Assembly: GCF_001194135.2 (NCBI RefSeq)
Contig: NC_068983.1
Coordinates: 25,230,898 to 25,294,811 of the forward strand
Direction: 5' to 3'
From: Octopus bimaculoides
Lineage: Eukaryota
Length of the DNA stretch: 63,914 nt
Shown in pieces: positions 52,140 through 63,914 of this stretch (within the stretch, counting starts at the first letter, position 1; each line of letters begins with the position of its first letter). The notes beneath the pieces were generated by a model. The model was not told where the DNA came from. It saw nothing but the letters and a program-made list of their open reading frames with translations, and ran no database searches. The translations under genes and the position numbers were made by a program.

Positions 52140-52920
52140 TACAAAAGAAAATATCAAAAACACACACACACACAGACACAACTCTGTACACACGCACAAA
52201 CAAAGAGAAACACACACATACACACAAAAGAAAACATCACAAAATCACACTCACACACAGGCACAAACACACCCGCACACAGAGGAACACACACTCAGGA
52301 ACACACACACAGGAACACACACACAGCAACACACACATACGTACAGGTGGAGACACTCAAAAGAATACATCTAACCCAACAGAAAATCCTAATTCTTTCT
52401 TCAACAAGAAATTCGTCACACCATACACACCCATCAACACACAGCTAGTCACCTTCCACACATATTGAAAGGACATTCAGAACAATACACTCACATACAC
52501 AAACACGCACACACACACACACACACAAACACACAAACACACACACACATTCAGACACAAGTGGACATAAAACCCATTCAGTAAATACTTTTTAGCCCCC
52601 ACCACCTTAGCAGGAACATAGTGAGATTCCTTTTAGACAATATACACCTACACCCCTCTCTTACTCTCTAACTCTTTGAACTCTATAACAAACTATATTT
52701 AAAGGAAGAAATATCTCCAGACATGTTCTTGACCCCAGGCACAAGATAAACTGTTTTTACTTCAAATTTTTATAAAATTTAACAGATATTTGATAGGATG
52801 ATATTCATCATCGAAACCGGTAATATTTTCTTTGTATAGATTTATTTTCAGTCATTTTAATTAAATTCCTTCTTAAATTGAAATATCTTAAACTTACTTC
52901 TGTGCTATTTCCGTCTCCAT
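51010..52920 (+). mobile_element. Penelope-like element 3' end with long inverted pseudo-LTR
   Basis: About 650-bp arms (51010-51660 vs about 52130-52920 rc) flank a GIY-YIG remnant at 51673-51917 (CQHNYIGQPGGSLCNRM...FKIFSLYKC...KERQFINEYMPQLN). Degenerate HHR in each arm. Confidence 0.85.
52785..52827 (+). ncRNA. degenerate minimal hammerhead in PLE pLTR (mirror copy 51104-51146 on minus)
   Basis: GAUAU-UUGAUAG-GAUGA(UAUUCA)UCAUC-GAAA-CCGG-UA-AUAUU. Stems and the ACCGGU palindrome are kept; the core is mutated in both arms. Confidence 0.55.
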
Positions 52921-52968
52921 CTTTTATATATAAAAATTTTATTTGTATAGATCTCTAATCTTTTTCAA

Positions 52969-53016
<48 letters not shown>

Positions 53017-54906
53017 AACATACATACATGCATACATATACATATACATAAATATATACATACTAACATTCACACATACATACGTACCTGAAAGGATTGT
53101 AGAGTTTCCACCTACTAAATCCCATTCAGACGTGACAAGTCACCCTTTGTGAGTTTGGACATAGTGGCATGCGATAATATCGAATCAACATCTACTTAGT
53201 TAAGAACCTATAATTATTAATCGCACAGCCATGTCCATCTAAACTTTAGTTCAAACCCTATAGCTCGGACATATTTCGTCTTTTAAAAACGGTACTGTAC
53301 GACTCGTCCACGTCAGTTATACGGGCTTATATTGTGGCAATGAAGTTTTGCAAAGTATATGAAAATTATTTTTTTGAATTGTCAGTGAGCTCTAATATAT
53401 TTGATATATTACAATTATAAAGTGAAAGCGATGCAGAATCGTGATTTTAACTGAGCGCAAAATAAGATAAACTGTTTCAACAGTATATTGTTACATAATT
53501 AATTTTATTTTGTTATAGTAGTATCCGGGAAGTTGACTGGAGTGAATGTTAAATGCAAACATGGTACCTAATGGATTCCGGTGTATGCCATTAGAACCCG
53601 TAACACATTAATTTTGAAGAAATATTTGCATCGTAAGTGGATTGAAATAGCTTTTATCAGGAATTGAATCTTCGCAGTTAACTACGTTCACTGTGAAATT
53701 ATTAAATTACTTGAGTAATAAGAAAAAATAGGGATTTAAAGAATGTTAAAACAATTACGTTTTTCTACCTACGATATAAATTCGCCGAAGGGCATGAGTT
53801 CAGTTATATGCTTGCCTCATGATACTTCAACATAACCATTTATATCTTTTATTTAGTCTTATATCTTTTACTATAGTTTTCTTACCGATAAATAACCTCT
53901 TCTAATGTTCTACTTACAAGATCAAGTTCAAACGTTAATGCCATTCTTAAAATTCAATTATGTTTGAATAGCATGGAGGGATGTGAATATTCAAGTATCA
54001 GGTATCTATCTTAAGAGAAAAAGAAAATGAGGTGTATGGTGACAATTCTCTGCAGTTTAAAATTTGAAACGTTCGAGAAGAATTAAATAAATTTGCAGAA
54101 GATACGTTTTTATATCTGGTGGCGTTCCTTTTGATCCACTAGCAACACCTGCCGAATATCTCAATATTATTCAATGAATTATCTCTGCCCGGTTGTGATT
54201 TTATTATTATCAGGGCAATATGAGACTTTTCATCTTTTCTTTTTTATTTGATGGCAGAAACCGCATGCGATAATTGAAACAATAGTAATAGATTTCTAAA
54301 ATGTCTTCCAAATGCATACTTTCCCATATAATACACAAACAGTCATATATGAATAACTACAAATTATTTAATTCAGCCAAATGTGATTACTTTGAAGTGT
54401 TCAGAGATTTGGGAATAGATTTGCAAAATTTGATGTTTTTAGATATCTATTCATTTCCAATTTGAAAGGATTTCTCCTTAAGAGAAAGCGGTGAAGAACT
54501 GTTAGAGCATCGGAAAAAATCATTTGCAGTATTTCTGCCGATTCATAATGTTGTATTTTTAAATTTCAGCTTTTTTTAAAATTTCATTCTTGTGTCACCA
54601 ATAAAGTAAGTACCATTTCAATACTGGGTTAATCACAATCAACTTACCACTCCCATAAATTGCTAGCATCGTGCAAAAATTTACAAGATTTATTAGACTG
54701 GCAGAAATGTCACAACATCTGTTCTAGTTCATCGATAGCTGTGCTCAACGAGTATTTATTTCAGCAACACCGAAAGTTTGAAAGCTGCGTCAACCTCGGC
54801 GGAATTTGAACTTGGAATGTAAAACACGAAGACGGGACGCTATGCCTCTTTTCTGATAAGCCAAACATTCTGTTAGCTCACTGCCTCAATAATGATAATG
54901 ATGTCA

Positions 54907-55102
54907 ATTTCTGGCAGAAGGCCAGCAATTTCGAGGGAAGAGTAACTCGATTCCATTGATCTCAGTACTCAACTGATCTATCAACCCCGAAATAATGAAA
55001 GACAAAGTCGACCCCGGCAACGATTGAATTCAGAATGAAAAGACGGACGATATACCGCTAAGCATTGTGCCGGGGTGCTAACGATTCAGCCAGTTCCCCG
55101 CC
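54907..55102 (-). mobile_element. tRNA-derived SINE (abundant family); further degraded copies at about 54480-54890
   Basis: aaagacaaagtcgacc..ggcaacgattgaattcagaatg...ataccgctaagcatt...ccgcc, followed by (TAA)n. Confidence 0.8.
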
Positions 55103-55105
55103 TTC

Positions 55106-55145
<40 letters not shown>

Positions 55146-56404
55146 AAAATAATAATAACAGTAATAATAATAATTGAATATTATAATTCATCCTTCATAT
55201 AAGTTAGAGAACTCAATTATCAATAATATATTCACTTTTCGTATTCAAATGATTTGATTACACTTCGTCTTCGTGGCTCATTTATGGACACTAGTATATG
55301 TAGAACCATAAATAAATAGACAGAAATTCTTGTATCGATTCAATTGACTATACTCTTCCCTTATAATTTGCTGACTTGGTGCCGATGTAAGATATTTTTA
55401 TTGTTATTTCTGTGTCAAAACGAAAATCATTTTGATTGTACTTAATCATATTTTACAATCGAATGTGAAGCTGTAAGATGCAGAAATGTACGTGAACTTT
55501 TAAACTATGAATTATAAGATGGAACACGCATAGTATTATGCTTCTGGTTACTGCCACTGTTGCGAATCAATTGTAGCTTCATGTTCCCATTTTATTCTTA
55601 CGATCTAGATGATATCTTTACGACCATCCATTAGTTTCATAAAATTCTATGGTATATGACCGAAATACGTGATCTTTTGTAAAAGAAAGAAATATGAATT
55701 TGGCGTGTACGACTCTAGACCTCGATACCATATAATTTCTGGTAAAATGTATGTTTCTTTCATCTCAAACTGCCAAAGTAGCGCATTTTATTCGATTATT
55801 AAGCTTTATATCACTGATTTTCATTTCTTTGGTAACCTTTTTATCACCATCAATTTTCAGACAATTGAACTCGTAAGAGAAATGTTGCCTTCTACCTTTC
55901 AGTATAGATGTTTATTAGTTTCAACCAATCTGAACTTGCTACTTCCAGGTGGCTCACTATAACAGCGAGCTGAGAAAGCAGAACGGTTTCGATTTCTTAT
56001 TTGAAGTGGTTCTTTTAAAATATTTCCAATAGTTTCTTACTTCCTTTCTTTCACAATATCCGAGTGCGCAGAAAATCAGATATGGTCTTTTTCCCAGGCC
56101 ACAGCGCTCACATACAGGGCCAGAAATGCTAAATAATGACGATAATTTTGATGATGAAACATATTTCCTTTTCTAAATGCTATATAGTTGAAGAGTACTT
56201 ACTGAGTACGAGAGGGATCTATTTATGCTAAGAGATTATATTCAGTTTTTAATACTTCCTTTTGAAAGATCACAGATGGAGAGTAGAGAATAACTATTGA
56301 TGCGATACGAGCAATGTTGAAATAACTTAAGCAACTGAGAAACAGATATTGGCTGAGCCAATGTTATATACGCAGACACAACTCCTGAGTTGCCGTCTAA
56401 ATAA

Positions 56405-56618
56405 TCCTTTCTACTGTAGGCACAAGGCCTGAAATGTGGTGGAAGAGACCAATCGATTACATCGACTCCATTGTTTCACTGGTACTTAATTTATCGACCT
56501 CGAAAGGATGAAATGCAAAGTCGACCACGGCGGAATTTGAACTTAGAACATAGTGACGGACGAAATGCTGTTAAGCATTTCGTCCAACGTGCTAATAATT
56601 GTGCCAGCTCACCGCCTC
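56405..56618 (-). mobile_element. tRNA-derived SINE (abundant family, tail A) with 14-bp target-site duplication
   Basis: TGCCGTCTAAATAA at 56391-56404 and 56619-56632. Confidence 0.92.
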
Positions 56619-57388
56619 TGCCGTCTAAATAACGCATATCTGCTGACTTAGCAATTGGATATGAACATGCAGGAAAATCCATATGGTTTTGACCAGATAA
56701 TATTCAAATAATCATTAAGTGCAATCGAAAAAATCTAATATTCAAATCACCACCTGTTGCTTCCATATTATTATTCTGGCACGGAAAAATCTCCAATCAG
56801 TTTTCTATGTATAACTTTCAAACTGTACCTCTCGGTCAGATGTTTCTTAATTTCATGCGATTTTCTCGGGGAAATGCGTGATAGTTACACCATATAGATG
56901 CAAATGATCACCTTCATAAGTGAGACATGAGAGACAGCTCACTTAGAATTTCCTTATTTTGCTCTGAAAAGTTTATTTTTTTCTAATGAGCTTACATGGA
57001 CTACCACTAGCTTCTTTGTGTTTAAGCGTTTAATTCTGAAATTTAAAGGGATTTATTTATTCTATTTCGTCGATTATATAAACAGAGATTTACTCATATT
57101 ATAACTTTTGTCTCGGAAAATAAATGATCACTGTCTAAAATGATGCTTTAACTTGTTTCACCCAGTGGTGTCGTAGTTATACTGGGTCATACACAATAAC
57201 ATTTTAATATTTGCGCATATTTTACATTGTGAGTTCAAATTACATCAGGATTGACTTAGCCTTTCATTCTTTCGGCATCGATTGAATATGTACCAGTTGA
57301 TCACTGGGGTCGATGTAATCAAATTACCACCTTCTCCGAAATTTCTGGTCTTGTGCCAAAATAAGAAGCAAATATTTCTACATACAAA

Positions 57389-57578
57389 GGTAGCGAGCTG
57401 GCAGAATCGCTATCGCCGAGAAAAATATGTAATGGTAATTTGTCCGTCTTTACGCTCTGAGCTCAAGTCCGCTGAAGACGACTTTGCCTTTCTTTTGAGA
57501 CCAATAAAATAAGAGCCAGTTGAGCACTGTGGTAGACCCACCGAAATTCCTGCCCTTGTGCCAACGTGTGGAAAACAT
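57389..57578 (+). mobile_element. tRNA-derived SINE (abundant family); adjacent partial copy about 57200-57362
   Basis: ggtagcgagctggcagaatcg...ctgagctcaagtccgc...gactttgcctttc...aaataagagccagttgagcact. Confidence 0.75.
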
Positions 57579-58296
57579 TATTTCTGCATACTAAGTCAGT
57601 GAGATGGCAGAATCGTACGAAAAGCGCACCAAAATCACTGGTCTTGTATGCTAAAATATGAAACCAATAGTTTTGCTCAATGGGTTGAAGTCTGGTTAAT
57701 GTTTCTTCGACGACAATGAGATGTTAGCAAAAATACATGGCGAAACATCTATCAGCACTATCTCATTCTTTTAAAAATTATCTAAAGAAATAAAAGTGGT
57801 GATTTCCAGTTAAATAGTACAAATTATTTACTGCTCGATTGTAACAGTTTCGAGAGCTAAGAAGTTTTCTAATTTTTATAGTATAATCTGTCTTCAGAAG
57901 ATATAAATCTTTAAGTGTTAATTTCATTTTCGGGTAAATTTTGTGAGGTCAACTAAAAGTTCACAATTTTGTCGGNNNNNNNNNNNNNNNNNNNNNNNNN
58001 NNNNNNNNNNNNNNNNNNNNNNNNNNNNNNNNNNNNNNNNNNNNNNNNNNNNNNNNNNNNNNNNNNNNNNNNNNNNNNNNNNNNNNNNNNNNNNNNNNNN
58101 NNNNNNNNNNNNNNNNNNNNNNNNNNNNNNNNNNNNNNNNNNNNNNNNNNNNNNNNNNNNNNNNNNNNNNNNNNNNNNNNNNNNNNNNNNNNNNNNNNNN
58201 NNNNNNNNNNNNNNNNNNNNNNNNNNNNNNNNNNNNNNNNNNNNNNNNNNNNNNNNNNNNNNNNNNNNNNNNNNNNNNNNNNNNNNNNNNNNNNNN

Positions 58297-58348
<52 letters not shown>

Positions 58349-60036
58349 GCATATATATGTATATATATATGCATATATATGTACATACATACATATATAT
58401 ACATATACATACATACATACACAGACAGACTGACAGACATACAGACACACAAACACAAACACACACACACTCACACACACATACACACACACACATATAT
58501 ATATATATGACTGGTAATATGTCCTCCTGATCAAAGTCTGGTTAGGAAAATGATTTCCTTGGAAAGTAAAGTAGTTTAAAACGCAGAAGCCAAATTGCTT
58601 TCTGTAATACAGCTGTAACGTTAATACTACAATGAATAGTATTCAGATATATAGAAAACAATCCGTATGCAAACCATTAATCAAATGATGAACATAGAAA
58701 ATATATTTTAAAATAATGATCAATAATATCCTTCTAGAACAAGAGTCATAAAGATTTATGTGGAGTGTTAATTCCTGTTTTCCGCTTTGTTTGCTGAGGG
58801 GATAACGAAATGTTTGACACCGTGAGAGAATTGCTATCACTGGAAAACTCACAACAGTTAATTCCTAATTTTGTAATAATGATATTGATACCTTGGTAGA
58901 CTATACCACCCAGTGGTGTCTACTCTTCTCTTGGCACGTTATTATTTTCATTATATGACTTGGGTACAGACACAACTAAACTTTCGGAAGATGTGAATCT
59001 CTACTAGGTTTCCCGTTGCTTGTCGACTTGGTGATTCTTTTTGTCGATATATACATCATTATGAAACCATCAAGTTCAGTTTTCCTTACGTTATCTCTTG
59101 GCAAATGCAGGATTGTTCTACTCTCTGTAATTAGAGGTTCGTTTCTATTTTTTCTTTCAAATGTTTAGCTATCATTTTCCTTATAATAAATGTGGTTGCA
59201 ACCCCCAAATATTAAATCTTACATCACTGTAGTCGGAGGGCCTTGTGCTCTCCTCTTTTAGATTACAATTTCACAACTACGATACAATTAAATTTAGAAA
59301 TTTATTACTGTTAGAATTTATTACTGCAAAATTATGTATACTTTAATATATTCCACGAAACCATTTCCAGAACTAACGAGTAGTTCTATTTTCATTTTTG
59401 CTTTCACTTTAAATATACGCACTTCTATATAGGCGTAAATAATCAGAAAAAGATAAATATCGCTTTGATGAAATTCAGTTTCTTGTTAGTGTTTCGGATT
59501 TTCAATTATAATCACTTTCAAATCAAATTGCGGCAAGCTGTACTTGTTGAAATCGTTTATTTTAAATGCTATAGTGATAAAATACAGCATTTATGTAATA
59601 CTTAAAATAAAATTTGATTGGTTATTCAGTAAAGCACCTGCACCACTATGTCAATGTGCTAAAAGTAAAATAGATGCACAGAATCTTATATATGTGATCT
59701 TTATTTTTTTTGTTCTATGCTGGAAAAGGCGCAGTATTATATTTGACGATGAGCTTTTCTATTTTTTATGTGCCTCAATCATGATGATATGTGTAGCTCC
59801 CACATAATGATTTGCACAAAACAGTTCGTTAATTCTATTTCAAATATATGTAGCAGTTATTGCAAATGGAAAGCGATACACGTCTCAATTGCCGTAAAAA
59901 CCTATATGTCGATGGGAAAACAACTATGCGTAAGACAAATCTCTTAGGGGAACTTAATGCTATAATCAAACAATCGGATAAGTTACCGACACGTGAAAAA
60001 ATGAAAGGTAAAATTTCGTTTGCGTAATATTCTACT

Positions 60037-60363
60037 GTGAAGGCGCGTGGCTTAGTGGTTAGCGCATTCGGCTCGCGATTGTAAGGTCGGGAATTCAATT
60101 CCAGGCGACGCGTTATGTCTTTGAGCAAGACACTTTGTTTCACGTTGCTCCAGTCCACTCAGCTGGCAAAAATGAGTTGTACCCGTATTTCAAAGGGCCG
60201 GCCTTGTCACACTCTGTGTCACGCTGAATCTCACCGAGAACTACGTTAGGGGTACACGTGTCTGTGGATTGCTCAGTCACTTGCACGTTAATTTCACGAG
60301 TAGGCTGTTCTGTTGATCGTATCAGCTGGGACTCTCGTCGTCGTAACCGACGGAGTGCTCCCT
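60037..60363 (+). mobile_element. tRNA-derived CORE-like SINE, full length, 12-bp TSD
   Basis: A box TGGCTTAGTGG, B box GGAATTCAATTCC, CORE-like tgtctttgagcaagacactt...ctcagctggcaaaaatgag. TSD TAATATTCTACT at 60025-60036 and 60364-60375. Confidence 0.9.
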
Positions 60364-61435
60364 TAATATTCTACTACGTATACTGAAAATATTACATATA
60401 TTACTCACATATATGCATTAATATATATATATCCATACAAAAAAAAAAAAAATCCATGTAAATGTGTTACGGCACAGATTGTGGCTTTCAATAATGTTTC
60501 AGCTGTCATTCACTGGAATAAGCAGAGTAAATCTAGACATGATAGTATCAAATCTTCTGAGTCCCAATAGAAAGATATCCCTGCGGTGAAAATAATCTAA
60601 TCTATTATGTACAGAATATAATGCAATTAAGGTATTCAGAAAGCATTGATTAGCGAGTAAATTAAAGTTTATAAATATTATTTGGACATACATTTAATGT
60701 CCTAAGTTACATGTAAATGGAAAATATTAATCGATGTTAAAGTAGTCTCTGTAGTAATTCTGTTATAGATTGAAATCAGAATGTCATAGATTCAGCGGAA
60801 ACAATGAAATTGTGAATAATAAACATCAAATTTAATGCTGTTTGACGCTAATATGGAAGTTGAACAAACACACTGAATAGTAACATCAGTTTCTCTGATA
60901 TTTTTTTTCTCCCAAAGCATTAAATTGAATTTGAACAGTTCTTCGACATATTTTTGGTTATTCATTTATATCTTTGTTCTCTATTGTTTTTGATTGACAT
61001 GCAAATCTGGATGCATTTATTTACCACGGTGAGGCAGGCGAAGCCGGTAGTGGCATTCGCAATTTATTATATCAATTTCAATCTACAAGCTCATAAAGAA
61101 CTCGCAAGTGTGTCGATCAGTTGAGGCATTGCGATAAATGTCAGAGACAGTTTCAATTTTAATTGCTTCTCTCCGGTCAAAACACACTTATCTTCCGTCT
61201 CTCTAAACAATCTAATTATTTGTTAAACTGCCATGATACTGCTGCTGTTATAGAAATAATGGCACTAAACAGGACCCTGAATAACAGTTGTTTCCGCTGT
61301 TGTTTCTATAACTAAACCTTAAAAGTGCAAGAAAATATCTAAGACTTACAGACATGGGGTAACCATGTAGTATTCAACAAGGTCAAAAAGTAGTAGTAGT
61401 AGTAGTAGCAGTAGTAGTAGTAGTAGTCGTAGTTA

Positions 61436-61640
61436 TCCTTTCTAGTAAATGCACAAGGCCTGAAATTTGGTGGAAGGAGAACAACACGATAACATCGACA
61501 TCAGTGTACTTAATTTATCGACGCTGAAAGGATGAAAGGCAAAGTCGACCTCAGCGGAATTTGGACTCAGAACGAAGCGACTGTTGAAATGCCGCTAAGC
61601 ATTTCGGCAAGCGCGCTAATAATTCTGCCACATCACCGCC

Positions 61641-61641
<1 letters not shown>
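61436..61641 (-). mobile_element. tRNA-derived SINE (abundant family, tail A) between (TAG)n and (TAA)n
   Basis: gaaaggatgaaaggcaaagtcgacctcagcggaatttggactcagaacg...caccgcc. Confidence 0.85.
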
Positions 61642-61696
<55 letters not shown>

Positions 61697-61797
61697 NNNN
61701 NNNNNNNNNNNNNNNNNNNNNNNNNNNNNNNNNNNNNNNNNNNNNNNNNNNNNNNNNNNNNNNNNNNNNNNNNNNNNNNNNAAAAAAAAAAAAAAAA

Positions 61798-62142
61798 GCT
61801 ACAGGCAAATATTCCGCTGAATAAAACAGATTTATTTGTAAGTTGTTTGACCTGAACCAGTTGAGCATGTCCCTTAGAGGCTGACAATATGTGCATCAAT
61901 GAACACTAGCAGAAGTAGTGGGAGAGCATCGTAGCAATATGTTGAGAAGAATTCTTGGAACATGAGTGTTTCGTTGAATATCCTTAAACGACTCTTATTC
62001 AGCGATCTTTTGAGCGGGATGGGCTACTCGACCAGAAGAAAATTCTAACTGGGCCCCACCTACAAGGTCATGCGCTGTTTATCTTGATATGAGATCATCA
62101 AGTCGCGCACATATGGTTGGGATGCACATGCCTAGTTTACCG
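61798..62142. mobile_element. partial second copy of the unclassified repeat at 20321-20868 (opposite orientation)
   Basis: rc shares catcccaaccatatgtgc, ctcatatcaagataaacagcgcatgacct, cagttagaatttt, gatgcacatattgtca and caaacaact. Confidence 0.75.
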
Positions 62143-62149
62143 TAGTTTT

Positions 62150-62285
62150 GGGATTACATCGACCCTTGTGTTTCACTGGTACATAATTTAGTCGACCTCG
62201 GCAGATTTTGAACTCAGAACATAAAGACAGACGAAATGCCGCTAAGTATTACACCTGGCATACTAACAATTCTGTCAGCTCACTG
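62150..62285 (-). mobile_element. internally deleted copy of the abundant SINE
   Basis: gattacatcgaccc...ctggtacataattt|agtcgacctcggcagattttgaactcagaac. Confidence 0.75.
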
Positions 62286-62419
62286 TCTTTAAAAAAATGC
62301 CTAGTAATGAAAAGAAAAATTGAAAGAAAGCTCTGTCTAAAAATACCGATCAATTACATATCTAGAAACTATGAGAAAACTCATGAAACGGTTAATTGCG
62401 GAAGCTTTATAGCAACGCC

Positions 62420-63420
62420 TCTCTGATAAATAGAAAAGGCTGCTGCTGGAATGAGAGCAAAGGAACTAATAATCGATCAAATGGTTTTGATGAAATGCAG
62501 AACGAGAATAATATATTTATGTATCAAGAGGAAAGGCTCTTGGAAAAATTATGACATTGTCCCAACTCGTGGATCAAGTGATATCTGGATTTAATCAAAA
62601 TGTCGATAAATGCCAGATACTTGGGAAATAAAATGTGACATTAGAAAATAGATTTAACATTTGAAGAGAGGGAGATCAAGAATCATAGAGATCAGTTAAG
62701 GAATTGTGATAGGGAGAGCGTCTTTCCCACCACCTTTTAATCGCACTGATCCTTTTGCTTGTTATATTAAGCAATGCTAATCAAGGACACGGACTGAGAA
62801 ACGATAAGAAAAAAGTGATTAATCTCTTGTTTGTAATGATTTAAAACTGTACGTTAAACAAGAAATAACTGAGAAACTTAATGCAAACTAAAACTACGAA
62901 GTGGTGTTGGGGTAATTTAGGAAATCAGGAAGCAAGTTATATTCATGATGTAGTGAAGAAAACCCATAAAATGTCTGGCTAATGAGGGAAATGCATAACT
63001 ATGAAATATAAAAGAAATCTAAATATATAAGAATGCTAGAAAATGATATCATCACAAGTGTGGAAACTAAGGAAACGTTCATAAAAAATAATTACATTCA
63101 CTTTCAATGCAGTGTATATAATGAATGATTGTAAAGAAAGATGAAAAGGCGATATATATCCCTTAAAATTTGAGATGGCGCGGATTTGGTGCATGAAATC
63201 TGTAAAATGCACTAATTAACTATGATAATTAGTGCATAATGGACTGTAAGCGATAGCATCGAAAATGGGTAAACAAAATTAGAATGGAATATCCTGTAAA
63301 GCTTGTACATAATGTTTGATTCATTGGAAGAGGAAGATCACAGGTAGGTTTTTGAGGACTTTGTAGCTTATTGAAGTCATGAGAATATCTAAGGTTACAG
63401 GTAGTAAGCCGCTACCCACA
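62420..63420 (+). mobile_element. decayed R4/Dong-like RT region
   Basis: Ordered remnants: KGC...GAKELIID, KNYDIVP.SW, GESVFP..LL.ALI (GDSLSPLLF), INLLF..DLKLY (YMDD), KYIRMLEND (YKYLGILE.D). Confidence 0.7.
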
Positions 63421-63483
63421 TAAATTCTACAAGGAATCAGGCCAATACTGTGTCAAGTCGAATAATAATATTAATAATATTAA

Positions 63484-63707
63484 TCCTTTCTACTAAAGGC
63501 ACAAGACCTGAAATTTGTTTGGTGGGGTGGGGTGGGGGACTTGTCGATTACAACGACCCCAGTGTTTCATTGATACTTAATTTATCGACTCCGAGAGGGT
63601 GAAGGGCAAAGTCAAACTCGGCGGAATTTGAACTCAGAACGTAGCGACGGGCGAAATTACGCTAAGCATTTTCGTCCGGCGTGCTAACGATTCTGCCAGA
63701 TCGCCAC
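63484..63707 (-). mobile_element. tRNA-derived SINE (abundant family, tail A), flanked by (TAA)n
   Basis: tcctttctactaaaggcacaagacctgaaattt...ggcggaatttgaactcagaacgtagcg...tgccagatcgcc. Confidence 0.88.
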
Positions 63708-63741
63708 TTAAATAATAGTAATGATAAAATGAATAATAATG

Positions 63742-63803
<62 letters not shown>

Positions 63804-63807
<4 letters not shown>

Positions 63808-63914
63808 CAAACAAACACGTAATTTTCTTATGGTTTCATAAACATTCTCTAGAACAACACTATGTACAAATCGAAATATATGGTACCCTCGGCATAACAC
63901 CTACATGAAGTTCT
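63804..63914 (+). mobile_element. retroelement 3' fragment homologous to 20934-21090, following (TAA)n; runs off window end
   Basis: taattttcttatggtttcataaacattctct...ggtaccctcggcataacacctacatgaagttct. Confidence 0.6.

Overview
Very AT-rich, gap-ridden eukaryotic scaffold, almost entirely repeats and microsatellites. The SINE and LINE families look like those of octopus (inference from repeat content). No host gene can be confidently annotated; one plausible minus-strand coding exon lies at 38785-38965. Nearly all ORFs in the supplied track are microsatellite or N-gap artefacts. Recognisable elements: a full-length but inactivated DD34D mariner with TIRs and TA TSD (16494-17779), a truncated mariner, two maT/DD37D-like copies, several R4/Dong-like RLE retrotransposon families (3' ends sit in (TAA)n tracts), two Tx1/L1 relics, an RTE tail, several tRNA-derived SINE families, and multiple Penelope-like element (PLE) relics carrying hammerhead ribozyme (HHR) motifs. 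The most interesting object is a ~300-500 bp module found three times (4507-5917, 31368-31765, 42180-42732): tRNA-like Pol III A/B-box head, then (TAA)n, a minimal type I hammerhead and a tail. One copy is joined directly to the C-terminus of a PLE GIY-YIG ORF. The other two begin at the tRNA-like start and carry an inverted copy of their own 3' end. This suggests a Penelope-mobilised, ribozyme-bearing SINE or retrozyme-like system.
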